Positions 14,184-26,549 of a DNA stretch of 64,000 nt are shown piece by piece. Each line of letters begins with the position of its first letter. Within the stretch, counting starts at the first letter, position 1. The notes beneath the pieces were generated by a model. It searched no databases, had not been told where the DNA came from, and saw only the letters and a program-made list of their open reading frames with translations. The position numbers and the translations under genes are program-made. The stretch comes from the human T2T-CHM13v2.0 reference genome, Homo sapiens, in assembly GCF_009914755.1 (NCBI RefSeq), contig NC_060926.1; one strand, given 5' to 3'.

Positions 14184-16154
14184 TAGAATGATGATTTTAA
14201 TGGTGCTAGATCATTGTATAGGTACGTAAATAAAGACTAAGGGTGTGTTTGTACAGATGGGAGTGTGTAAGACACGTTTTTCCCAAGCAGACACAGCTAG
14301 TTAGCAGCAGAGCTGGAATAGCCCGGGTGTCCTGACACTCAAGCCAGTGCTTGCTGCCCTGCCTATGAGCTGCTTAACTCTGTACACCTCAAATGTCAGC
14401 ATCTTGAAATCATTGTGTGAAAAAGTGAGTTGGGTTTCAGGCATTGTCCTTGTTAACCCACCACATGCTCAGATGTTCTGTGGTTTGGGTTGGCATGCAA
14501 AATAATTCCAAAAATGCCTGGATTTGTCCAATGTCACTGATTAGTGCTTGCTTTAGAAGACTAAGTCCAGCATTAGCCTCAGTAAGGTACAAGGAACTAC
14601 CACAGTTTCTCCTTGATCAAATGCATAAGGTATAGATGTAGAATACTTATAAAGGAAAGGGACTGACTTCTAATCAACATACAGGCTAAAAATTATTATT
14701 GCCAAATAGGCTGGCGTTGCTCAAAAACCTCTTCGGAGTTGCCTTTGGAGCCAGTTTATGGGTCCCAGTAGAGCCAGGCTCTGTTCATCATTCAACAAGA
14801 ACACACTGAGTGTCTGTATGTCAGGCACAGAGTACAGTGAGTAGCAAGACAGATACACATGTACCTTACAAGTGACCTTTCTACTTAAAAAATAAAATGT
14901 CTTACCTAGGTTAGACTACCACCTTAATCACCAGGTTTGGTTCTGAAAGATATTTTTGGCTGCTTTCTAAAATTAAGCTCTTCTTCAGAGGATGGAGAAT
15001 AAATTCACTGATTGAAAATACTCAGAAAAAAGAGATGTAGCTTAGATAAAGGCAATCTCAAACGAGGAATTCCCAAGACATTTTAAGCTATGGTAATACA
15101 ACCTCACAAGGAAACAATTTAGATAAGAATATTTATTTGGAAGTAGACATTCTGGTGTGTTTGTTAAAAGTGCAAAGGCACATTGTCAGGAGAACAAGGT
15201 TTTGACTCCTGGAGACCAGCCACTTTTCAAAGCAGGAACGACCAAATGATCTGAACCAACCCAGATCTATTGGCTGCTGTCCCCTGCTCATGAGCCCTCT
15301 GGCTAGGACTGCCCCAGGCATCCACGTTTGAGAGCACCTGCCTAAAAGATCTGCAAATCAAATCAAATTATAGGATGGACAGTTTTGAAACAAACCTGCT
15401 TATTTGCATCTGCCCCAGTGTTGTCAAGGATATTCCACTGATCAAAAGTCATTGCTATAGTCTGAATTTCCAGGTTCTAACAAGAGTACATTTGTATATG
15501 CTTTCTATTTCACACACTACTTCCTCATTTATCCTCTCCTCGAAGCCACAACTCTTGTGGTAGACATTAAATATTCTCATTTTACAGATAGACACACAAA
15601 GATTCACTTAAATTATGTGCCTAAAGGACCACTTACTAGGCTTGAAACCAGGTCTTGCCGTTCCTCCTGCAGCAGCTCCTCCAACAGGCCACAGGATCCT
15701 AAACTCCAAAACTCCTGATCACTCCTGCAAGCAGTTGTTCCCAGCCTGGCTTCACATTGGAGTCCCCACGCCTCGGGGCATGACCTGACATTGCCAAAGA
15801 CCCCATGGGGTGGGCACCAGGTCCATACGACCAGAATCTCTGGAAGTGGGGCCTTGGCATTGGTATTCCTCAAGTTCTCCAAGTGATTCCTCTGTGAAAA
15901 GTCTTGGTCATTCTATTAGAGAATTATCAGAATTTGCTTCCTTCTCTCTCAAAGACCTACTTAAAGGCATTGATGGTCCACTTGTCTTCTTTTTCAAACA
16001 TAATTCTCTATTTTTCAATGATAGGAATGCTACTACCTCTTTGTTGTAGAAATTTTAGGGAAAACAGGTATCAAGAAAAAAACAAAAATAATCCAGAGAC
16101 CCAATGTTTATATTTTGATATATTTGCTTCCAATCCTCGTGTATATTTTATGTA

Positions 16155-16462
16155 ATTTTTTTGAGACAGTATTTTGCTCTGTCACCCAGGCTGGAATGCA
16201 ATGGCACAATCATGGCTCACTGTAGCCTCAATTTCCTGAGCTCAAAAAATCCTCTCATCTCAGCCTCCAGAGCAGCTGGGACCACAGGCACACCCACCAT
16301 GTCCAGCTAATTTTTTTTTCTTTTTCTTTTTCTTTTTTTTTTCTTGTAGAGATGGGGTCTCCCTATGTCACCCAGACTGGTCTCAAACTCCTGGGCTTGA
16401 GTGATCCTCATGCCTTGACCTCCCAAAGTGTGGCAATTACAGGTGTGAGCCATGGACCTGGC
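16155..16462 (-). mobile_element. Alu (AluJ-like)
   Basis: Antisense diverged Alu. Confidence 0.9.
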
Positions 16463-16612
16463 CTTAATCATTCTTTAATGTGAACATTTAAGTTTATTTT
16501 AATTTAATTTTTTTTGCTGTTATAAGTCCTCCAAGAAGATCCTTGTACTTAGATCCTTATAGTCTTTGCAAAACTGAGTATTTCTATTTTGTGATCTGCC
16601 AGTTTGCTATAG

Positions 16613-17024
<412 letters not shown>

Positions 17025-17296
17025 TGAGTGTCCATCTTTTCTTACCTACTAAGTATATAACACCTTTCCTGTTCATTTGTTTTGTAAATATTTTTCCTCA
17101 GTTTATCATTTAATTTGGTTTGTTGACATACAAAAGGATTTATTGATTTTATGCTTAGAAATGTTCCTTGATGAGGTAAATTGTTACCAACATTTTCTTC
17201 TACAAGTCTCAATAAATAAATGCCTGGTTATATAGAAGCAGTTTATCTGGCTACATGGGATTTTATTGTTCCGGACTAAGAAACTGTCCATCTCCT

Positions 17297-17601
17297 GGCC
17301 GGGCGCAGTGGCTCACGCCTGTAATCCCAGCACTTTGGGAGGCCGAGGAGGGTGGATCACGAGGTCAGGAGATCGAGACCATCCTGGCTAACACGGTGAA
17401 ACCCCGTCTCTGCTAAAAATACAAAAGAATTAGCCGGATGTGGTGGCGGGCGCCTGTAGTCCCAACTACTCAGGAGGCTGAGGCAGGAGAATGGCGTGAA
17501 CCCAGAAGGCGGAGCTTGCAGTGAGCCGAGACTGCGCCACTGCCCTCCAGCCTGGGCAACAGAGCGAGACTCCGTCTCAAAAAAAATAAAGAAAAAGAAA
17601 A
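17297..17601 (+). mobile_element. AluY with 19-bp TSD AAGAAACTGTCCATCTCCT
   Basis: Y-diagnostic GATCGAGACCATCCTGGCTAACACGG and GGCGTGAACCC...GCGGAGCTTGCAG; perfect TSD. Confidence 0.95.
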
Positions 17602-17950
17602 AAGAAACTGTCCATCTCCTACAGGAATCTGACTTGGAATTATCAAAACTACACTGCTTTTATGGTGTATGTTCCTTGAACTACCTTGCCCAATACAGCA
17701 TAACGTAAAAAACATTTTGCAGGGCAAAACATTTTACAAAGCAAACAATACGGCATAGCCTCTCACAAAAGACTGCCCCACCCCAAAACTAACAAAGCCC
17801 ATTTCCATCCTGTTTTGAAAAATAGGGTGGGTCTTAGGATAGTACCACTGGGCTCTCTCAGCCCTAGGGAGAAACTTTCCTTCAGCTCAAGTTTCTCCTG
17901 GTCAAGTGCTTCGGGGACAGGCTCTGCTCTTGAGGAGGGTTACTCTGGCA

Positions 17951-18056
17951 TGTAATATTTGGGACATATGTATACTAAAAAATTATTTGTTGTTTATCTG
18001 ACACTCAAATTCAACTGGAAGTCCTGTGTTTCCATTTGCTAAATCTGACAACCCTA
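17951..18056. mobile_element. MER53-like hAT DNA transposon half
   Basis: tgtaatatttgggacatatgtatactaaaaaattatttgttgtttatctg...aaattcaactgg...gctaaatctgacaaccct. Confidence 0.75.
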
Positions 18057-18538
18057 ATCCTGTGGTTTTTCTCTCAGTCTTAATGTTGGTGCCCTTGCCC
18101 CAGGAGTGCCCACAGGAAGCAGCAGACCTGGCAACATGCTGCATAAAGGAATTTACCTGTTTACCTTCAAAGAGGGTTCTCATGGCCAAGGGGCAGCCTC
18201 TCCCTTGTGCCCCTGAGACATTAGAAAACAAAAACAAAACAACAACAACAACAAAAACACTGCATTTACCTTTTCTACACAGATCAGCCATGTGCTTATA
18301 AACCTAAGCTCTTCACCCAGACTTCATGGGTTGCTTCCAGGCTTCCTGCACTTCATTGTCCTTCTTCCTTTTTTTTTCTAGCAGCCATGAAGCTGCTCAT
18401 GGGTCTATGGATCTGAGTGGCCACCATCACCTCGCTCACATGCCTTTGGTCCGCTGCATGCTCCTGTCCGAGTGGCCAATCTGTCAGTTCCCCTTTGGCC
18501 TCTTTCAGCTTTTAACACCCTATTTTCTATCTTACAGG

Positions 18539-18855
18539 TTTTTTTTGTTGTTGTTGTTGTTTTGTTTTTTTTGAGACAGAGTCTTGTTCTGTCGCCCAGG
18601 CTAGAGTACACTGGTGTTATCTGGGCTCATTGCAACTTCTGCCTCCCGGGTTCAAGCGATTCTTGTGCCTCAGTCTCCCGAGTAGCTGGGACTACAGGCA
18701 CGTACCACCATGCCCAGCTAATTTTTGGCATTTTTAGTAGAGACAGGGTTTCATCATGTTGGCCAGGATGGTCTCAACCTTCTGACCTCAAGCGATCTGC
18801 CCGCCTCGGCATCCCAAAGTGCTGGGATTACAGGTGTGAGCCACCGCGCCTGGCC
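18539..18855 (-). mobile_element. Alu with TSD TATCTTACAG
   Basis: Antisense Alu consensus. Confidence 0.95.
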
Positions 18856-19199
18856 TATCTTACAGATTTTTGATTCACTATAAATAGATTGTTTTCTAGA
18901 GGCTGGATGTTAAAATTCAATTTTAACATGGTTTGAGATGGCTGGGTGTCATGTCGATGTCCTAAAGAATGGCAAGAAGACCGAGACATCTGCTAATCAC
19001 ATCCCTCCCTGGTTTAGCAGATAAATAGTACAATGTTGAGAATACAGCGTATCTCCCCAGAATGATGCTGGTGTTAACACCATATGACTCGATCTATTAG
19101 TGCAGGCATTTCCAAGAAGGCCTCTCCCAGCTCTACGAGGGATGCCTGTGTCCTTTTTATCTCTATCCTAACTAACTCTACCTTCTGAGGGATTTTAAA

Positions 19200-19665
<466 letters not shown>

Positions 19666-19794
19666 CAGGAGTTTGAAACTTATATTCCTGACTGGCTACA
19701 GGATGGCCCAGACACTTCGTCATCTCAATTCCAGGACCCTGCCTGCCCACGCCCAGGAGGTCTGAATCAACGGCAACGAAATCTGTGTCTGTGA

Positions 19795-19838
19795 GAGGGG
19801 AGACTACAGAGTGAGGGGAAACTACAGAGTGAGGGGAA
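19795..19838. repeat. 18-bp tandem repeat, about 2.4 copies
   Basis: GAGGGGAGACTACAGAGT GAGGGGAAACTACAGAGT GAGGGGAA. Confidence 0.85.
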
Positions 19839-20844
19839 GGGAGGCAGGCTGAAAAGGGGAGAGCAGGAAGCCTGAGAAAGGGCACCAGTTCAGGACAGTT
19901 TAGTCTGGAGCTGGTAGGACCTAGTGTTGATTGAATATGCAGGGAAAGAGAGAACAAGGGAGGCACTTGGCAAACTGTCTCCACCTGGGGAGGCTGGCTA
20001 GGGGCTCCTACTTAATATCAAATCTTATCCTGGGCACCTGAATGCCATTATATCTGATGACCCTCTGTAATACATAATGTCTGCATTGATTATTGTATAT
20101 AGTTTAACTCTGGTTGTCATGGTTACCTATGGCTAGACTAGGGTAAGACCATTTCTCTGATAAGTGGGAGGAAGAATCAGGGGACTCAATGGAAATGAAA
20201 GTATAGGACAGTTTGAGTGCCTACTGTCCACCAAGGTCTGAGGCGGGACTTTGGCATAGGTTGGCTTCATTCGATCCTCTGCAAAGGAGTCTGCTTAGGA
20301 GGTATCATGAGTCCCATCTTTAGAGATTGGAAGGAGGCCAGGAGGGGGGAGTTACCTCACCTGCAGCCAAAAACTGGTACACACAGGAGCTGAAAATGGA
20401 ACTCGAGGAACCAGCGGGAGCATCTCAGTGCATGGGGAAGGGGGAAGATATCGTGGGGGATAGGGGAGCACTACATCCAAGTGGGAAGAACAGGGTCTCT
20501 GAGGATGGGTGCCCCAGCACTGTCAAGTACCTACAAATGGGACTCAATCCTCACCCACAAAAGGCCATGAGGAAGGGAAGCCTCGAAGGTGAAAGGGGTT
20601 GATATCATCTTCAAGTCTCAAATGGGACAAGCAGGCTCCTACTTAGCAGGAGATGGGACAGAAACAACACATGGAAACAAGATCAGGGGACAAGCCAATT
20701 GAAGTTGAACCAATCTTTCAGGGATGCTCTGCTCTTTCTATAAAGCACTGTTCTGAATGGATTCCTATGATGTGTAGTTCAGGAATTTCACCACTTTTAT
20801 ACTATATGTATTTTCTGTGTTTCCCGCTCCCCCAACACACATAC

Positions 20845-21118
20845 TTTTTTTTTTTTTTTTTTTTTTGAGACAGGGTCTCACTCCATTGCCCAGGCTGGAG
20901 TGCAATGGCACAATTTTGGCTCACTGAAGCCTCAACCTCCCGGGCTCAAGTGATCCTCTCACCTCAAAGTGTGCACCACTGCACCTGGCTAATTTTTTTG
21001 TAAAGTTGAGGTCTCACTATATTGCCCAAGCTGGTTTTGAACTCCTGAGCTCAAGTGATTCGACTGCCTTGGCCTCTCAAAGTGCTGGGATTACAGGCGT
21101 GAGCCACCAGGCCCGGCT
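20845..21118 (-). mobile_element. Alu (AluJ-like, internally deleted)
   Basis: Antisense Alu lacking part of the right arm. Confidence 0.9.
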
Positions 21119-22109
21119 TGATATTTTTTTAAACAAGAAAATACTAACCTTGATTCGATGTTAGAGTTTAACCAAGAGGCAGCTCATAGGACCTGGTTTC
21201 CACCGCCCCCCTCCCCCCCCCCGGAATCTCAGGCTGTGACAGGGGCTGCTCCTGGGTCTCTCTGTGGGCGCTGTCAAAATGGACCTCAAATGGGATGTGT
21301 TCTTGCTGACCTCATTGATCAACTTCCACCTTCTCTGGGCCCCCTGGCACTACCAACTACCCTGTTGTTCTTCCAGAAACCTCCCTTCCTATGCCCTCGT
21401 CCTGTGGGTTTGACTTCGTAAATCTTTCTTGATACCTCTCTCCCTCCCCACCACCACTACCCTAATGGAGACCATCATTTTTGTTTTCTCACTTAGGTTT
21501 CTGCAACAGCCTTCTAGCTGCTCTCTCTGCCTCTATTCTGACACCCTCCTCTAATGTATTCTCTATATAGCAGCTGGCACTGAGTAAGATGTGGTCCTGT
21601 CCACAGCTGAGGGGATGGGACAGACCCAGGCATACCTGTGATCTGATTGGTGGGCCCCTTACCCAATCTTGAGAGATCATCAAAGGCTTCCTGAAGCGTC
21701 ACCTGAGTTTAACCAGGAAGGATGAGTGGGAGTTAATGGCAAGGCGGCAGGAAACGCCTCTGCTAAAGCTACGCTGTTTTAGAAGTTTCCTTTAGTAGGC
21801 AGGCTCCTTGTGTCATACACCCTGAGTACCTTCCTTTCCTGGATTTCTTTCTCTATTTACAAACGAATTTCTACTGAGTTTGTCCCACAGCCACTCACCT
21901 CTTCTACTATGTTTCCTTCAACTCTTATTTTTTTTCGCTTTAGTTTAAATCTCTGAACCTGCTCTAGTGCAAGGTAAGACAGTCCTTTACACTAGGAATC
22001 TCTAATATGTGTCGCCAGGAGGGAGGAATGCTCTGGAAATGGGCAGTATGTGTAATTGCACATACCTCAAATATACACATATACATTCACACACTCACAC
22101 ACACTCCCT

Positions 22110-22490
22110 GTGTGTTAGTGCTGTTAACCAAATACTTCTGCTTATCCTTCCTGCACATAGCAGGATTGTACTTATTGCACTTCCCTGCCCCCTTGTAACT
22201 TTCTTTGGCCAGTGAGATGACAGCAGGAGTGATGTGTGTCACTTCCAGGGAAAAGCTTTAAGAGCCAGTGCTAGATTTGCCCCATTCTTGTTTCCTGCCT
22301 TCAGGGTTGAGGAGATGCATGTCCAGTTGCAGCAGCCTGGATGCCCGAGTGATTACGGGAAACAGAGCTCCTAATGACTCATAATGGACACGTTTTGTGA
22401 TTGAGAAATACACTTTTGTTATGTAAAGCCACTGTGATTTGGGGATTGTCTATTACTCCAGCACAATCTAACTGATCCTGACTGATACAC
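22110..22490 (+). mobile_element. Old MLT1 (J/K-like) LTR
   Basis: cacttccctgcccccttg...ttctttggccagtgagatg...gtgatgtgtgtcacttccagg...aagccactgtgatttgggg...ctaactgatcctgactgataca. Confidence 0.7.
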
Positions 22491-22676
22491 CCTGTCAACC
22501 AAGGCTCAGGGGCACCAAGGCCTTTATCCCTGTTGGGTATTCCTTCCATTATGATGGGTACCCTTGCATTCTCCTTGCAAGTAATGAAGCCTATTTGATT
22601 CAAAAAATTCAAAATGCAGTCACAAAACTAGTTATAAAACATGAGGACATTTGCGGGGCTATTGAAAAACGTAGTA

Positions 22677-22985
<309 letters not shown>

Positions 22986-23839
22986 AACGCATAGCATAGA
23001 TATCCTACACGTGTCACACTCACCAATGCAGGTCCACAAGCAACCCACTAATGAACCTCCCTTTCCCTGAGAGCAAAATGCCAGCTTCTGCCTGGTATCA
23101 GCTCTAGCATTCGTGGGCTAATTTCAGAGGTCCTGGATTGTAGGTCCTGGATTCTGACATGTAGTAGTGAATGACCTTGGACAAATTACCTCACTGAGCG
23201 CCAGTTCTCTTATCTGTAAAATGGTGATGATAATAAAAACTATGTCATAGATAAGGAAAGTTAACATTTGCACATTTGTTGTATTTGCCACTCTGTGCAG
23301 ACAGAAGGATAATGTGTGTGGAAGTGCTTTGAAAAGGGAAAGATCTATGCAAATATTAGTTGATAATATTTTTAGCCAATACATGACCAAAGAAGTAATA
23401 CATCCAAAATCAAATAAACCTCCCAATACCTTCAGTCTTTAAAACCAAGCCCAGGTATGGATATCGGGATGTATTTACATTTCTGCAAAAGGTCCCCATA
23501 CGCAAATCTCATTCTTAAATAAGGACAAATTACTCATTAGCTGAAGAGGAGAGAGGTCAAGTACCTGAGGAGGTTAGTCACATCAATCACCTGAGAGTTC
23601 AGCAGCATCCAACAGTGTTAGTTCCACGTGTTAACTTCCTGAAGAACCACAGGCTTGCACATCCAATTATGCTTCCTGTCCCTTTCCTCCCCCGTGCGGA
23701 ATCAACTTCAGCTCATCAATGGGGTAGGAAAGCCTCCTTATTTCGCACCCTCCATGCTCCAGGCATCCAGGGAAATGCCCCTGCCACCCCTATCTCCCTT
23801 GAGTTCTTAGGGCTTCCTCCTCTAGCAAGGAGATTTCCC

Positions 23840-23990
23840 TTTCTAGTCCCGGGGGCAGCGGCACAGCCCGGCTCTGACCTCGCGGGAGCAGTCGCCTAAA
23901 AGAGGCTCCGCCCTTGGCCGCTTGGGGTGGCGCCCGCCAAACCCGCTCCTAAAAGGAGCCTCTCTCCCTCTGTCTGCTCTAAGCGCCTTG
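23840..23990 (-). promoter_or_regulatory. DGUOK-AS1: Small CpG-rich promoter, probable start of antisense lncRNA DGUOK-AS1
   Basis: Local CpG cluster, GC box CCGCCC 23908-23913, E2F-like TTTGGCGGG (minus, 23933-23941), minus-strand donors CAG|GTGATT (23591/23590) and CAG|GTACTT (23565/23564); gene identity comes from recalled locus knowledge and cannot be proven from sequence. Confidence 0.5.
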
Positions 23991-24049
23991 GGGGCCTAAT
24001 CGCAGTCTCCACCTGGGTGCTGAACTTCCTTCTCCCCCGCTTGCTGTAG

Positions 24050-24225
24050 TCCAGTGCTGCTCTAACTTGACTTCACCTGACGGACTAATTAAAACAGATT
24101 GCTGGGCCCGCCCCCAGGGTTTCTGATTCAGTGGGGTTAGGATGGGGCCGAGAGCTTGCATTTCTAGCCAGTTCCCAGGAGATGGTGATGCTGCTGGTGC
24201 CGGGGCTCTCTTGGCGGAACCACTG
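24050..24225. mobile_element. MER5A DNA transposon
   Basis: aaaacagattgctgggcccgcccccagggtttctgattcagtggggttaggatggggccgagagcttgcatttctagccagttcccagg. Confidence 0.85.
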
Positions 24226-26089
24226 CGTCTAGGCTAATGCAGCCCCAGGAAGGGCTCGCCCTATCCCTACGCCCACCCCCGCTGCTCTCCTGCCCTGAGC
24301 GCAATGTGAATGGGAATAGCCGCAGCAGCCCAGGAGGCTGGAGAACCAGAAGGCAGGACCTGAGGAGTTTAGGCTGTTTTATCTTGGGCGCCCCTGACCA
24401 GTTTGTGCAAGTCGTAAAGAAAGCAGGAAAGAAGCCTATGGGTCTTCAGTGTTACTGGGGTCTGTCATTCATTAGGGTCTACTCACCTCGTCTCTTCATT
24501 CAACACAGTGGTTGGTTGCTAGGTCTAGGGTTATGAGGTGAAAGACAGCGTGCTACCCTTCCAGGAGTTTGTAGTAACTGGGAAAGAAACATGCAAACCA
24601 TTCCAGTGCCCAGCGCCGATGAGATAACTGTTCCTAGGCAGGGAGAGTCAAACTTCTGTGGAGGGAGAGTGGGTGGGGCTCTGGAATCATCTGAGCAGCT
24701 GGAGGTTTCATGGAACTGGCACTTATGACTTGCAGGATGAGTGGGAATTTGGCAGGTACAAGGGGTAGCTGAGAAGGGGTGGGGTGGGAAGGGTTTTTCC
24801 CCAGGCAGAAGGAATGAGCAACAGGACTGCCGAAGTGTAAGGTTCCAGAGGCCGGGAAGATATGACAGGCAGCTCTCTAGCCTGGCTGGGTTCCCTCCAA
24901 CCTCTCTGGCGGCGCCTTCTCAGCTCCTGTCCCTCATGGGCTGGTATTCCCTGGGGCTCTGTCCTGGCAGCCTTTCCCTCTCACACTCCATATCCACCCT
25001 GGATGAGCTCCTCCACAACTGAGGCCTCGCTGTCTGCTCACTGATGGGGCCCAAATCTCAAACCCAGGCCTCACCCCCTCAGTTGCACACTCACTTTCAC
25101 ACGAATGTCTCCATCCCCAGGCATCCTTCCTTCTGCATTTTGTCACAGTGAATGGCACCAGCATTCACCCAGTTACCTAAACGAGAGGGCTTTATGAAAT
25201 GACCCTCTCATAGATTGCTGGCAAAGAGTAAATGACACAGTAACTTGCTGGTGCCATTTACCCAGACAGAATACAAGAGGATGGCTGCTGGGCTCCTCTG
25301 AAAGTCCACAACTTACTAGCTGAGTGATCCTGGGCAAGTTATTTAATCTGTTTTCTTATCCATAAAATGGGTTTGATGATAGTACCTACCTCACAAGGTT
25401 GTCATATGGATTAAACAATATTAGTTGTTGTCATTCATTGAGCCCTATATTAAGTCTTTTACTTGGATTCCCTTGAAGATGGAGTACCTAGTCCAAGGTC
25501 ACACTGTTACCAAGTGGCAGATTCAGGTTTGGAAGCCAGAGTTCTCTGGCTCCTGAGCCATCTTCTTCACCTCACTGTCACACTTTCTGAAAACTGTATA
25601 CCAAACAGGGAAATGCCTATGGTACAATGTTAAGTTAAAAGAGGATGGCAAATTGTATAATCAGTGTGAGTAAATCCACAAATAGGAAAGGCTACAAGGA
25701 AATATAGCAAATGGTTAAATATGGTTGTAATTTGGTGATTTTTCCCCTCTAGTATCTGTAGTCTCCACGTCTTCTTTATACACATTTTTTATTAATAAAG
25801 TTGCTTATTAAAAATATATTACATTAAAAACAATTACGAGTCTGCAACCTGTTCCCCTGTTTGAAAATTGCACTCTCTTGGTTTTTCGTCTCGGTTCTAG
25901 TCTTACTACCCTGAACAGAAACTCTTCAGTCCTCCCAAAGGCCATGGTAGGAAGTGGATATTGCAGCCATGTTCACCCCCACCCACTCCCTCGCTGACAA
26001 CCTGGACCCTGGAGCAGGCTGTCAAAATCAGAGGGAAGTTCCAGATAGAACCCGGGCTGCTTTACCGCCTAGGGCTTTCTGGACAGCGC

Positions 26090-26328
26090 TACTTCAGATC
26101 AGTTACTTTTTTTTCTTTCTTTCTAAATAGCCGGCCGAATGCTCTTTTTCCAGTTCTGGCTAAGCTGTTAGCTGCAGCCGGGCGGCGACGCCTGCCAGGT
26201 ACCTGGCTCCGTGAGCACCGCCCAAACTGGTCAGGCCAGTCCGTCCTGTGGCTGTTTCTGCCAGGACTCGCCCGAGTGTGTGTGTGCGCGTGTATGTCAG
26301 AGACCCACCCTGCTCCCCTGCAACCGAG
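26090..26328 (+). other. TET3: Candidate upstream alternative first exon of TET3 (5' edge approximate)
   Basis: CpG-containing segment ending in a strong donor GAG|GTAGGT at 26328/26329, upstream of the main island. Confidence 0.45.
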
Positions 26329-26549
26329 GTAGGTGGAAGGCAGTTGCAGGCACCAGCCTGGCAGTCAGGCCAGATGGGTGGGGCTGAATTAATCTAACCT
26401 GGAATTTCAACTTGGCCTGCACAACAGGTGAGGGAAAAAAGCAGCAGAGAGAACGGGCAGTTTGGCAACTTGGAAATATTCCTGAGCCCTGCCCCTTACC
26501 CCCTGCCTGGAACGTAGCCCAGGGTGACTCTTCAAAGTGTCTGCGCCGG

